From contig JARFYF010000118.1 in the NCBI GenBank assembly GCA_030265395.1, forward strand, positions 17,837,070 through 17,901,069: 64,000 nucleotides of DNA. Direction: 5' to 3'. Within the stretch, counting starts at the first letter, position 1, and the number at the start of each line of letters is the position of its first letter. The stretch is from Rhina ancylostomus. Its lineage: Eukaryota. The notes under the pieces were generated by a model, which ran no database searches, was not told where the DNA came from, and saw nothing but the letters and a program-made list of their open reading frames with translations. A program made the translations under genes and the position numbers. Of this stretch, positions 24,222 to 37,007 are shown piece by piece.

Positions 24222-24625
24222 ATGGAGACACAAGAGATTCTGCAGATGCTGNNNNNNNNNNNNNNNNNNNNNNNNNNNNNNNNNNNNNNNNNNNNNNNNN
24301 NNNNNNNNNNNNNNNNNNNNNNNNNNNNNNNNNNNNNNNNNNNNNNNNNNNATTTCCATGATTCCAACCCCCACCTGACTCCCACCTGCCAATTAACCCC
24401 TCCTCACCTCCATCCACCTATCACTTGCCAGCTTTTACCCCATCCCTCCCCCTCACTTCTTTATACTTGCTATCTCCCCTCTAGCTTTCAGTCCACGTAC
24501 AGGGTCTCGACCTGAAATGTTTACTGTTCATTTCCCTCCACAGATGCCGCTTGACCTGCTGAGTTCCTTCAGCAGCTAATTGTTTTGCTCCAGATTCCAG
24601 CGTGTGCAGTCCATTTTGTCTCCAT
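24222..24625. mobile_element. Penelope-derived foldback element spanning an N-gap
   Basis: Left arm atggagacacaagagattctgcagatgctg; right arm agggtctcgacctgaaatgt..cctccacagatgc.gc.tgacctgctgagttcc..ccagattccagc.tgtgcagtc..ttgtctccat. Confidence 0.8.
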
Positions 24626-24679
24626 CTGTCATACTAAGATGAATGGCGCCCAAAGTTATTTTTGTATGACTTCTGCAAA

Positions 24680-25805
24680 GAAAACCAGGCATAAATTCTA
24701 GGCTTGTGATTCTGTTGATGAAGTCAAAGATTGCACTTGTTTTTTTAGCAGACTTCTCAGTGTCTTGTCATCTTCAAAGCTTTGTGTACATCTACCTGCA
24801 GATCTGCCTGTCCCATTTCAGATTGTGTCATCTCATATACATTTCCTCTTCTCATTCTTCAAACCATTTTTTTCCTGCAAATGCTACCCGTTACCCCAGT
24901 CTGTCAAAGTATTTTTGAAATGGTTTTCCTATCTTTCTTATTATTCCTCAATGTCCCGTGGGCTTCTATTTTGCTAACAAGTTAATTATGTGGGTTTTTG
25001 TCACATACCTTTAATAATCTATTTACATAATGTCAACTGCACTCCCCTCATTAGCCATCTCCATTACTTTATCAGAGAACTCAATTTAGTTAAGTATAAT
25101 TTTCCTTCTGACAGCTCTACACTGACTTTCCTTTATTACCCTGTGGTCTTCCAAATAATATCATTCTATGCAATTGCCTCTTAAAATTTTTTGTTTGCAT
25201 ATCACTGATGTAAAGTTGATTGATCTGTTGTCGAATGTTTATTGTTCCTTCCCTATTTTAGGCAGGGAGGGAACATCTGCACTCCAATTGTTCCACCAAT
25301 ATTTTGTCACCACCCTCTTATCTGAGGAGTTTGTGGATCCAGGCGCAGTTGAAACCCTTACATCACACCGTAAACTTCCATCATATCTGGATGAGACGGC
25401 TTTTTTGTTTTGAAGACTGCCAACTTTTTAAATACCTCCCCCCTTATCAATTTTTGTCCCACCTTTCTTACTGCAGCAGTGGCGGGAGCCTCTTAAATCA
25501 AGTTTCTTGAAAGCTACTCATTCAATATCCCAGCCATGTCCTCTTCCACCATCAGGATGTTTTCTTATTGATCCAGAGTTGCCCCCCATCCTTCCTACGA
25601 TCACCTTTCATATCCTTACAACATGTTTGGGTTTCCTTTCATGTTAGTTTCCAAACCAATATAATAATCTCTTTCTTTGCTGTTCCTACACTTAAATAGA
25701 CAAAGTAACACAGACTTAATACGGGTAAATAGGAAGAATGCAGATGGGCAAAATGGTCACCATGCACTGAACGGCCCATCTCTGTGCTGTACGACTCCAT
25801 GACTT
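24680..25805 (-). mobile_element. Long degenerate CR1-type LINE fragment plus a younger CR1 tail (25690-25805)
   Basis: Reverse-complement RT traces (aactcaatttagttaagtataattttcctt; cactgatgtaaagttgattgatctgt); 25730-25805 is a + strand CR1/HE1-type tail ending acgactccatgact. Confidence 0.55.
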
Positions 25806-26799
25806 GATCCCCTTTTTTGGATCTTCTCCGTAATTTTTAAATTCAGCTTGGCTCTCAGTTGTATTGCATATCTTACATTGTGAGGTGATTTTCATGTGAA
25901 GTATAATCAACACCAGGGCATCAATAAAATGCATAATTCTGAGCAGCTTGCGTTATTATCAGGTGGAACTTGTGTTCAGTTTAGTCATTATTTATGCAAA
26001 TGAGAATCAAATACATTTAATCTTTGCTAGGGGACCAGCTTTATTTGTTTTTAGAATAATTAGATGCAATTTGGCAAATATTGGCTTTGAAACCATTATT
26101 GCATATCTTCCCTTTTGAATTGATATAAAATTATATTTATGCATTACTGCACTGTGTAGAATAATAATCACAAAAAGTTTATGACATATGTTACTTCTGT
26201 TGCAATTGTAATGTTAATAATCAAGTGGGCTTTCACTTGAATGGTAAATGTGAAGCAGAAATCATCTTCAGAAAATTGCTTGAAAACATACCATTTATCA
26301 AGCTACTCCTTTTAGTAGGCTGTTAAAGTAAATGGCAGTGATATCTTAAAGTGCATATCGGGGACTGATAGGCAGTTTTCTCAACCTAATCAAATCAAAG
26401 CAAGAAATTAGAAAAATGAGCATTGAGATTTGCGACTATCTTTCAATATGCACACTGGAACCATTGTCTCCACTTTCAATATGGTGACTGATTTTAGAGA
26501 GAAACAAAAATTGCAAGAAGTCCATCCAACGTTATAAATATAAAGCAAAAATACACCATCCCATGAAAACAAAAATTACTTGTACAGAAACAAATCATTC
26601 TCCATTAGTAGCACTAAAGACGCTTTATAGCAGTGTCAGTGCATTGTAATTCTCCTCCAAAATTCATTTGAGATGTAGAATACAACTTGTTGACCAGGAA
26701 TTCCGATCCTGATCAACAAGTTATTGAGTCACAGAGATGCACAGTGCAGGATCAGGACTGTCAGCCACCCTGCCCATGCTGACCAGCAAGTACCTCCCT

Positions 26800-27093
26800 G
26801 AATCAGAATCATGTTTATTATCACTGACATATGTCTTGAAATTTGTTGCTTTGTGGCAGCAGTACAGTGCAAGACATAAAAGTTGCTATAAGTTACAAAA
26901 CTAAACAAATAGTGCAAAAGAGGAATAATGAGGTAGTGTTCATGGATCATTCAGAAATCTGATGGTGGAGGGGAAGAAACTGTTCCTGAAACGTTGAGTG
27001 TGGGTCTTAAGGCTCCTGTACCCCCTCCCTGATGGGAGTAAAGTGAAGAGGGCATATCCCAGGTCGTGGGGGTCCTTAATGATGGATGTCGCC
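26800..27093 (-). mobile_element. Rex1/Babar-type 3' end (young)
   Basis: aatcagaatcatgtttattatcactgacatatgtc..gaaatttgttg..ggcagcagtacagtgcaagacat...ctgatggtggaggggaagaa.ctgttcctgaaacgttgagtgtgggtctt. Confidence 0.88.
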
Positions 27094-28604
27094 TGAGTTG
27101 AGTCTGCACTGGGTTGTACACTACTTCTGAATTTCAGAGATAACTTGACTGAAATAGAACTGAATTTCAGATGCAGAGAACAACTTGTTGACCAGGGCTG
27201 GAATTCCAGTCATTCGTCCCTTAGTTATTAATTAACCTTTGCCTTCCTTCTCCTGTTTCATTGTTATTTAAACTACTGTCTTGAAAAGATAGAATGACTT
27301 CTGATGAATGTCATACAAGTCAAGAATCTCCCATGGGTAATCTACAGTCTGAAATATGATGTGAGGTTTAGCTATAAATCTGCCTGCACCTTTTAAATGT
27401 CACCTCCCAAAACTGGAGAAATTGCAAATGCATGCAACCCTGCTAATTCACTCAGCTGCCTTTAAGTATTAGGGTTTGGATTATGACTAAATTGCATTCT
27501 TTTCTTAACATGGTTTACATTGTAACAGAGTGTGTAACATCAAAAATATGATGGGTATTTTACACAAGAGTTTACTTTTCTGTAATTAAATGAATTAGAC
27601 ATAAAATAGACCGAGAACAGTCTCTCGATGACGCAAGNNNNNNNNNNNNNNNNNNNNNNNNNNNNNNNNNNNNNNNNNNNNNNNNNNNNNNNNNNNNNNN
27701 NNNNNNNNTCATATCCTTATTTTTATATCTCAGTTATAATTTCCTCTGCCAAATTTATCACCATCATACTCTAATTATTTAACTTTCATAATGCTGGCAC
27801 TGGAGCACTCACATTAAAGGTGGAGGTGTGAGGAAGGCACAAATGCAGTCTAATGTGTTAAGTAAATGTGCATGTAAGAACATAATTTAAAAACTGACAA
27901 GAAGAATCTAGAGATTTAAAGTTCTTATTATGTTTGCTAATGGATGTAGATTTATAGCATATCGATCAGGCCGTTATATAGACATTTCATCTGCTATCAG
28001 ATTATCAATTCCACTTTTGATAAATCAATATTCCATACAGCTTCAAGCTTGTCTGCTGATACTTGGAATATGCCCACAAGAATATGCAGATTCCTGATGG
28101 ATTTTCCCTTCCTGCCTATGTAGAATTGAGTTAGGGTTAGTGATTTAGGGTTAACGTTTCCAAATGATGACATTATGTAATTGGGGATCTTAGGCATGTT
28201 GAATAAGTTTGACCTCAGCTGGAGAGGCGTTTGGGGGACTACAGTTAACCACATCACCCGAACAAAAAGTCATTTGAGGTCCCTGATTCTAATTCAGCTG
28301 ATGATGGAAAATGCACTTGCATGGATATTGGAAGCAAGCACATCAGACCTTGTGGTGACACATTTGACAGTTGAATACCCTGGAGATATGAACTAGACTA
28401 AAAGGCAATGTCATTGTGACGCTATGGGCATGAGTCACTGCCTTGAGGAAAAGCCGTAAACTGCATAAAAGAACAGAATTTAGTTTGTTGGCAAACTTCC
28501 ATTTAGAGTATTAATCATCAGTGAATATCAATGCTTCCTTCGTGTTTCAGAAACCAAAACTCAACATCGTGCAACATCTTTAAAGGAAACTTTAAGTATT
28601 GATA

Positions 28605-29110
28605 ATGCTGGAGGGAGTGCAGAGGAGATTCACCAGAATGTGCCTGGATTGGAGGACTTTAGTTATGGGGAGAGATTAGATAGGCTGGGCTTGTTTCTCC
28701 TGAATGAAAGTGGCTGAGGGTGACCTGATAGTAAGATACAAAATTATGAGAAGCATAGATAGGACAGATCGTCAAAATCTTTTTCCCATGGTAAGAGAAT
28801 CAAAAACAAGAGGACAGTCATTTAAGATGAGAAGAAGGAGGTTTAAAGCAGATCTTTGGGTAAGTTTTTTTTACATAGAGAATTGTTGAGATGTGGAATG
28901 TGCTGCCGGAGGTGGTGGTGGAATCAGATACAATTACCCTGTTTAAATGGTATTTAGACAGACACTTAAATAGGCAATGCATGAAAGGATGTGGTTCTAA
29001 TGCGAGCAAATGGGATTAGTGTGAATATGGTGGGGGGTGGGGGGAGGGATAATAAAGGTTGACATGGACCTGATGGGCCGAAGGATCCATTTCTGTGCTG
29101 TGTGACTCTG
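28605..29110 (+). mobile_element. CR1-type LINE 3' fragment
   Basis: ctggagggagtgcagaggagattcaccagaatg...; ORF 28704 GDLIVRYKIMRSIDRTDRQNLFPMV.ESKTRG. Confidence 0.9.
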
Positions 29111-29339
29111 TTCTGGAGACGTATCACGAAGATTTTTTGCAACACCTGACCTGATAGACAAGTTATGACATAAAATATAAAATATTAAACAGAAATGCTT
29201 GTCTCAAATAAATCATGAAAATTAGTATGGAAAAGTAAGTGTGCCTTTGTTTAAAATATGTTAGTGCTAAATCATTGTGTGAACAGTTTCACTGATAACC
29301 ATGATATCTAACTATTTGCTTTCTCTGACTTTCTCCTAG

Positions 29340-29443
29340 AACATGGACAAAGTGATTCTACCTTCAGTCACTCTGATCGTTGGTTGTGGAGTTTCCTCAT
29401 TGACTCTCCTGTTGTTAATAATAATTTATGTATCTGTCTGGAG
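29340..29443 (+). CDS. ADGRB1: ADGRB1 coding exon: stalk and TM1 ([35 protein letters not shown])
   Basis: Polypyrimidine tract ttctctgactttctcctag|AAC, donor GGAG|gtaatg; 104 bp, phase 0 to 2. [26 protein letters not shown] is diagnostic of BAI1 rather than BAI2/BAI3. Not in the ORF track (too short). Confidence 0.96.
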
Positions 29444-29784
29444 GTAATGATAAACAACTTTGCTATTTTAATTATCTGAATTGCAGCTATAAACAAATAG
29501 TTATATATTGGCTGATGTGCAGTCCCAGGTCCTGTAATAATTTCCAGCTTGAGATTCAGTCCTTAAGAAGTGATCTACTTGGTGCAGCATAGATTTGGGG
29601 GACTAAAGAAGTCACTAAAAAGACTTAGTTATTGCCTTATAAGTTTTTAACTTAGTTATTAACTTAGTTATTGCCTTATAAGTTTTTCAAAAATATTTCA
29701 AAGTCACTTCCCTTAATTATTTTTTGAATTGTTTTAGACTCCTCTCCCCTCCTCTTTCAAAAATGTTTCATGTCTGTCTTAGGG

Positions 29785-30210
29785 AATATAAGAATAAATA
29801 GAAGCAGGAGGAGATTATCTGGCCTTTCAGATCTGCTCTGGCTTGGCTGATTCTATATCTCTTCCACACTCCTGCTTGATCCAAAATCCCTTGATTTTCT
29901 GAGTGTCCAAAAATCTGTCCGTCTCATTCTTGAATATATCTATATATAATCCACAAACCCCAATGGCAGGAACACTTCTCCTCGTTTTGGCTGCAAACTC
30001 TGCGTCTCTTACCCTGAGACCATACTTCCCAGTTGCAGATTCTCTCGCCTTAACTATCTCTCCGCACCTAGTCCACCAGTCCCTCTCAGAATCTCAAAAA
30101 GATCACCTCTCACTTGTCTAAACGCCTGTCTTCCCTGATCTCCTAATAGGACAACCCAGGGTTCAAGCTGGCAAATTCATGCCACACGAATGTCAAGGCA
30201 GGTGTATCTT
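29785..30210 (-). mobile_element. Old CR1-type LINE 3' fragment
   Basis: aatagaagcaggaggag..tctggccttt...cattcttgaatata...gatcacctctca. Confidence 0.6.
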
Positions 30211-31044
30211 TTTCATCCTAATAGCTGTTCATTGGATTTTGCAATATGATGTTCCATAGCTGGAAGATGAACAAGCAGTCCTCCAATCAGTTCCAATGCA
30301 TAGTTCCAATGATTTTCATTATGTTAGTTCCATTTTTTTTGGGAAAGAAATATTGTGGAAATTTGGCATATCATTCCTGAGATCAGAAGTTGATTCCATT
30401 TTTTTGACCAAACATTACGATATCAATTTGATGTTTATTTTGAATATTAGGAAATAAGGGAGTCATAGTGCCATATTGTACTGGGTCAATATTCTTTCCC
30501 TCTGGGAATATGGTTGAAATTAATTCTGCTTGAAAAGAATCTTCTCTCTTTGGCATTAAAGGTTGTCTGTTGAATCAGTTTAATAACTAAACCCAGATGT
30601 CACTAGATGTGGACTTCTAATATGGAACTAAGTTCTTTATCTAAATGATGGCTCATGTCAGAGGCTGGTGATGCTGTGTGCTGACGTAAAAAAGAAGCAA
30701 CATCTGGACAGTGCAGAGAAGGCTTTCTTTTGCACTTTTACCTATCTAACCTGGATTGGCTTGATAGCGAGGTTTATTTCCTAAAATGGAAAGGTTTTCC
30801 AGCAGTTTATTTTTTTGAGAGTAGATAACCAAAAAGAAAAATAATAAAATAGAAATAGTTTTGAGCTAAACATGTGCAGATAGTGATGTAACAAAGTTTA
30901 TCGAGGAAATCTTTTTATTGTTTTAGCATGGAAATTTGATTGTGATTTCAGCCCAGTAGCTGTCAGAATTTGATTGTATTTTTATATACTATTGTGGAAA
31001 AGATGATGTAGAAAATTCAATGGAATTTTTTAGTAATTTTTAAC

Positions 31045-31340
31045 TATAGACCACTACAATATTTGGCCCACAATGTTGTGCCAGCATTTTATCCTACTCT
31101 AAGATTTATCTAACCCTTCCCTCCCACATAGCCCCCTATTTTTCTATCATTCGTATGTCTATCTAAGAGTCTCCTAAATGTCCCTGATGTATCTGCCCCA
31201 CAACCTCTGCCGGCAGTGCGTTCCACGCACCCACCACTCTGTGTTTTTAAAAAAAAGTACCCCTGAGATCCCCCTTGTACCTTCCGCCAATCACCTTAAA
31301 ATTATGTCCCCTTGTGTTACCCATTGTCACCCTGGGAAAA
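31045..31340 (-). mobile_element. Young CR1-type LINE tail
   Basis: ttggcccacaatgttgtgcc..cacaacctctgccggcagtgcgttccacgcacccaccactctgtgt; nearly the same as 49080-49390. Confidence 0.88.
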
Positions 31341-32269
31341 ATTTTCGTTATTTTGAATGAATTAAAATAGGCTTTTTTGTATATTTTCAGTATTAGTGAT
31401 AACATAACTAATGGCTGTTTCATGGCTTAAGAGACAATAATTTTTAGAACAGTTGAAAGATCAATTGAGTTAGTGACCCCTGGGTTCAGTAAGAATAATC
31501 ATGCTTTTTTTTGTGTGGTTATACAGCTGCTGCTTATGTGCTGGAGGAAGACATGTATAACAGAGCAAAGTGGTCTACAAATTTGTAGTGAGTTATTAAA
31601 GGTGTACTAAATGGCCAATGCATATGTGAGCCCAAGCCTGAGGCTAAAGGTTTTGGGCATGACAAAGCTGATCTTCCTTCACATACTTTGATTAGGCATA
31701 GGTAAATGCAGTGCTCAGGACTGACTTTAGGGGTTCAGTGACTGAAGACTAATTGGAGTATAAAGGGTAGCAGTCTGCAGGATGGGTCTGGTAGAAGGAG
31801 GGTATTACATCAATGGCACTGAGGGTGGCTACTACTGTGGTGGGTCATGCATCCTGATGGATTGAGTGGGGACCTAGTTAAGTCCTCTGCTCTTAAAACC
31901 TAGTTGTTGAGGTGCTTGCAGAATAATTTGGTTGAATTTCTCTGCAATGGTCCAAAGACATCCTTGAGATTTTTTTTAAAAAAGCACTGTGCTATTGAAT
32001 TTCTGGGAAAATGCAGTGCACTTTGGAGATGAAGAAAACTGACATTCCAATTATTTACATGGTTTTCCAAAATATATTCACGAGATGAATTCTTTTTACA
32101 GAATTTAAGAGTTAGGATAAAACAAGAGGTCTGCACCTTTTGTCCATTTCTGATGTAAATTAGGTTACTACATTAAAGGGTACTGAGATGAAGACAGACT
32201 GAATCAAGGATGGATATTACCCAGTGATGTAACAGAGTTCTGAGAATAGTTTCTCTGCTCACTTAAAAA

Positions 32270-33490
32270 AGGAACATTGGGACAGAGGGAGCAGTGTTCC
32301 TTCAAATTTTCTGTCATAAATTAGCAGATTCCTTTATAACTAGCCTGCTTCCATGGACCATGTTTGCATAAGGCAACGGTTCACGGCGAACGAGGGATGT
32401 ACAGTATATGCATGGATGGAAGATTGGTTTATAGACAAAAAGCAGAGTAGGAATAAACACTTAATTTTCAGTTTGGCAAGCTCTTGGGGTGATAGGAAGA
32501 TCAGGCATTGAACCTCAGCTGCTTACAATCTATATTAATGACAGGTTAATGTTCCAGTTATGTGTGTGCGCATATATATATCACATGTAAGTTTTCTGAT
32601 GATGCAGCTGGGCGGGAAAGTAAGCTGTGAGGAGAAGACTAAATGATACAGATGGGTTAACTGCATAGCGCAGAAAATGGCAAATATGAGCAAATCTGAC
32701 GGTTTGAAAACAAAATGTAGAATAGTTGTTAAAATGTAGGTGTCCTAACACGTGAACCACAAAAAGTTNNNNNNNNNNNNNNNNNNNNNNNNNNNNNNNN
32801 NNNNNNNNNNNNNNNNNNNNNNNNNNNNNNNNNNNNNNNNNNNNNNNNNNNNNNNNNNNNNNNNNNNNGAACCACAAAAAGTTGAATTGCAGGTTATGCA
32901 AGTAATTGGGAAGGCAAAGGCGTGTTGGCCTTTATTGGAAAAGGGTCGGAGTTAGGAAGGTTTGTTGATTGCACTGGGTTTTGGTGAGAGCATACTTAGG
33001 ATAATGTGTACAGTTTGGGTGGTCTTGTCTAAGGAAGGATATACCTGGCTGGTAAGCAGAGCAAGAAAAGCTTATAAGATAGGACAACCCTTTCTTTCCA
33101 TGAACCAAGAAGGATTGAGAGAATGAGAATGATTGAAGTTTAGTAAATTAGAAGTGATATCATTAAACCATAAGATTCTGAAGGAACTGTATGCTGACAG
33201 TTGTTTCATTTGATTGGAGAGTGTAAAACTAGGAAACATAATCTCAGGATAAGGAGTTGGATATTTGCAACTGAGATCTGGTGGGATTTTTTCATCCTGG
33301 TTGTGAATCAGTGGAATTTTCTTTTTCAAAGAAAGTACATATGTTGAGTATATTCAAGCAGAAATTGATAGATTTTTAGAATCCAGGGAAGTCGAGGAAT
33401 ATCGGATGGGAGATTGTGAAAGGTAGATTGGCCATGAAGTTGTCAAATGATGAAGCAGGCTTGAGAGTGCTGGTTCTACTTTCTTATATT
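32270..33490 (+). mobile_element. Old CR1-type LINE RT region and tail
   Basis: gcatggatggaagattggttta.agaca.aaagcagag.tagg.ataaa (WxExWL.DRKQRV.IN), cagaaaatggcaaat, caagtaattgggaaggcaaa.g.tgttggccttta. Confidence 0.75.
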
Positions 33491-35104
33491 ATTAGGACTT
33501 GTTACTCCACTTGATGAAGTTCAGATGTATTTTTCTACTTTCTCTAGTTCTTTCATTGCTTTAATTTATAATATCTTTATTCTAAGTGTGCAAGGCTGGA
33601 CACACAGAGGACAAATTGAGCAGTTGCTAATTTTGGCTTATTGTGGTAAAATAGGTTTTCATTTGGCTACAGATCTGTGTCACAGTGACAAACTGTTTAA
33701 TAGAATTCCAACTTAGCTTTAACTCTCCCTAATGCATTTTCTGATTGTTCTTATCTGAAAATGGTGGACAGACAGAAGCATTGGATAACAAATGTACTTG
33801 ATGTTAATTTGACTTTTGCAGCAAATTATATCAGGAAGTTTTAGAATGTTTTTCAGGGTTTTAGCAAGTACAGCTACAGACCCATAGATAGATCTTAAGT
33901 AAGGAATGGTGGAACCGTTTTGGACTTGGTACTTCGGCAGCTGACAAGATGGTTGATATCATGGAGGGATGGGAGATGCACATGTATCAGAGAATTAGAG
34001 ATTATGAAGGAGGAGGCAGGATATAAAAAATGGACAAGATAATAGAGGGATTTGAACCCAAGGATGAGAAAATTAACTGCGTGTCTATGGTGGAGGAGGT
34101 GACGGGTGTCAAATAACTAATCATTCTTGCAATAGTTAAAGACATAGTGAGGGACAGGGTTTCAGGGACGGGTTTTTAGCGGAGTTTTGGATTTGCTTCA
34201 CACCAGGTATAAAAAGGTTGCTAGGTAATATTGGGTTAGGTAGTTAAAATAATGAATTCTGTAACTCTTTATCATCACATTGTGGCATACTTCATAAAAA
34301 TCATTCAACTACTCAAGTCTGCCAAATAAAAATCTGAACGAGTTTTCTTTAAATTTTGAAGGCACACCACTGCTTCTATTTCCAATGAAAAACAAACTGA
34401 GCAGCCTTTGGTATGTGGGTTTGAGCTTCCAGGCAAGCTTTTGGACATTGATTGGTTTTCGATAATGCCTGTCACTCCAGCTCATTAAACTTGAGGTGTG
34501 AGTAGCTGGCTGAACATGTATAAGAGGAAAGAAGATTACGCTCTAGTGCAGACTTCACTGGAGGGGTGAAGAGGTAGAAAGAACATCCTCTCTACCACAA
34601 ATTACAAGATAGCTATCTTTCAGGTTTAAAATATATCTCTGGCCCAGCAGTTGCATGTTTTGATAGATCAACATCTTGTTGGTCTGGACAATTCACAGAT
34701 AGCCCAGCAGGTGGGAAGATGATTAATCAGTGAGGTTGGCTTTGGGAGGCTCCAAGGCCAATTGCTATTGATTTTAATATTTGCACAGCTTCATTGATCC
34801 AGGCAGTCACATAGAAGTGAGATTATGAGATTCCAGGATTAAACCAGAAAGGGAGAAAATTGATTTGGAATTAGAAACAGTGAAAACAGCTGTATGACCT
34901 TGAGTTGTTANNNNNNNNNNNNNNNNNNNNNNNNNNNNNNNNNNNNNNNAGAAGTTAAGGTGTAGATAATGTAATGATATGATTATATTCCGAGAAGTGG
35001 TGTAAGCTAGAAAACAATCCTGATGATGAGTAACTTTAATTCTGTAGAAAGGACATCTCACAGTACAGCAAATCCCATTGCAGTTTGTATAGTAGCACAC
35101 TATT

Positions 35105-35655
35105 AACTTTATGTACCAGCAATCCAGAAATTTAGACTGATGGTAGAAAAAAATACGAGTTCAAAATTCATTGCAGCAGTGTTTAAATTCAACTAACTAG
35201 ATCAAATCTGGAATAAAAGTGAGTATATTTAATAATGACCATAAACTGCTGGGTTGTCATAAAAATAACCGGTTTAATAAAGCTCTTGAGGAAGGAAATC
35301 TGCAGTATCTACCTACTCAGTCATATTTTGACTCCATAACTAGCACAATGTGGTTTGTTCTTTACTGACCACTGAAGAAGTCATAGCCCAGAATTAGAAG
35401 TCAGAATCAGATTTATTATCACTGACTTGTATGACAAGAAATTTGTTGTTTGGTGGCAGCAGTACAGTGCAAAGATATAAAATCACTAAGAAAATAAATA
35501 AATAATGTGAAAAAGGAATAATCAGGTAGCGTTCATGGACCATTCAAAACTCTGATGGCCGAGGGGAAGAAGCTGTTTCTGAAGCTCAGTTCAAGGGCAA
35601 GTAGGGTTAGGCATTAAATAATGTCGATTGTAGCAATATCATCATCTACTGAGTG
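35105..35655 (+). mobile_element. Old tRNA-type SINE interrupted by a Rex1/Babar tail (35395-35583, minus strand)
   Basis: gagttcaaa..aatctggaataaaa..ttgtcataaaaa..gaggaaggaaatctgc..; resumes ctcagttcaagggcaa.tagg after the insert tcagaatcagatttattatcactgac...gaagctgtttctgaa. Confidence 0.7.
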
Positions 35656-36659
35656 GGTAAATTAAACAAGATGTACATGAGCTTATTGTGCCTCATTACC
35701 TCATTATTCCTTTTGCTCTATTTATTTATTTTGTAGTTTATAGTAATTTTATGCCTTTGCACTGTATTTCTGCTGCAAAACAATAAATAACTATTATTAA
35801 ATTATACCTATTTACAATAAATGAAATAAAATTGTGTAATTNNNNNAGTACTAGTTGCTCCTTGGCCATGACTATTAATTATACTATTAACTTGCTTTCT
35901 AATAATTGTGACTTTGCACCTTTTAAAAGTACAATTCCCATTACCTTTCACAGAAATGAAACATAATTTGTCCCATTAATATTTACATTGTGATAAATAT
36001 ATGAAAATAGTTAATAAACTAGACATTAAAAACCTTTTATAAAGGTAACATTTCTATCACAGTGCCCAGTCTTCGATAAACAGTTTTTATTGCTACCTTT
36101 TGGGGCATTTCATGCATTTTATTTCTAGATTGGTTTTAACTTCATCCAGAGTAATCCGTACCAGAGAAGCCCTATTTCATGTGTGACCTCAGACTTTCAG
36201 GGTTGGTAGATGGATCATTAAGAGAACTTGAATGGTGGGGTAAAGGCTTCACAGTCACACTCTGTCTTGCCTTCACTTCTCATCTAACACACACAATGCC
36301 CCCTTCATTTCAGGGGTGTAAACATTGATTTAGTGGAGCTGGTATCTCTAATGTGACTAGATTTATTCATTGCAGGAGCAAGACTGTATGTTCAGCCTTC
36401 CTGGTCTTAAACGGTCTTGTGAACAAATGCTGTTTAGCTATTGAACTATAGTCCACTTCTTTAACAAAATATCCATAATATATTCTGAGTAAATCATTCA
36501 AATGAAATGTTTAGCTCTTTAATCTTATATCTTATCTATATCTAATCATATCAGCTTTTATATTTGTAATAGTTCAGAGTGCAAAAACTGTTTTGAATGC
36601 TTCATTTTACTTCAGTTTATCACCTACTATCCATTGATTGAATACCTGGTCTGTGCTTC

Positions 36660-37007
36660 AGAGGTGGCACAGCTTGTAGAGCTGCTCCCTCACAGCTCTA
36701 GAGACCTGGGTTCAATCCTGACCTCAGGTGCTATCTGTGTGGAGTTTACATGTTTTCCCTGTGACCTTGTGGGTTTCTTTTGGGTCTTCTGGTTTCCTCC
36801 CACATCACTGAAGATGAATGTGTTGGTAATTCTAAATTGCCTTTGTGAACTGTCCCTCGTGTCTAGATGTGTGGTAGAATCAGGTGTGGCAAGGGGGTGT
36901 TGATGGAAATCTGGGAAGAATAAAATGGGATTAGTGTAGTTAGGTGCTTGAGGGTTGGTGTGGACCTCGTGTGCTGAATGATCTATTTAGATGATGTCTG
37001 ACTCTAT
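36660..37007 (+). mobile_element. HE1-like V-SINE
   Basis: gtggcacagcttgtagagctgct.cctcacagctctagagacctgggttcaatcctgacctc.ggtgct.tctgtgtggagttt (A/B boxes and V-domain). Confidence 0.9.

Noticed and set aside
27609-27637. CpG-rich 29-mer gaccgagaacagtctctcgatgacgcaag
   Set aside because: Sits directly at a contig end before an N-gap; probably low-quality or technical sequence, and I recognise no adapter or element.
32754-32883. Apparent direct repeat gaaccacaaaaagtt on both sides of an N-gap
   Set aside because: 15-bp contig-end overlap around a 100-N placeholder gap; assembly artefact. A similar tacatgt overlap flanks gap 40629-40728.
36660-36730. tRNA gene-like A/B boxes
   Set aside because: These are heads of HE1/V-SINEs followed by the V-domain and LINE tail, not cloverleaf tRNA genes; same for 13590, 19757 and 53763.
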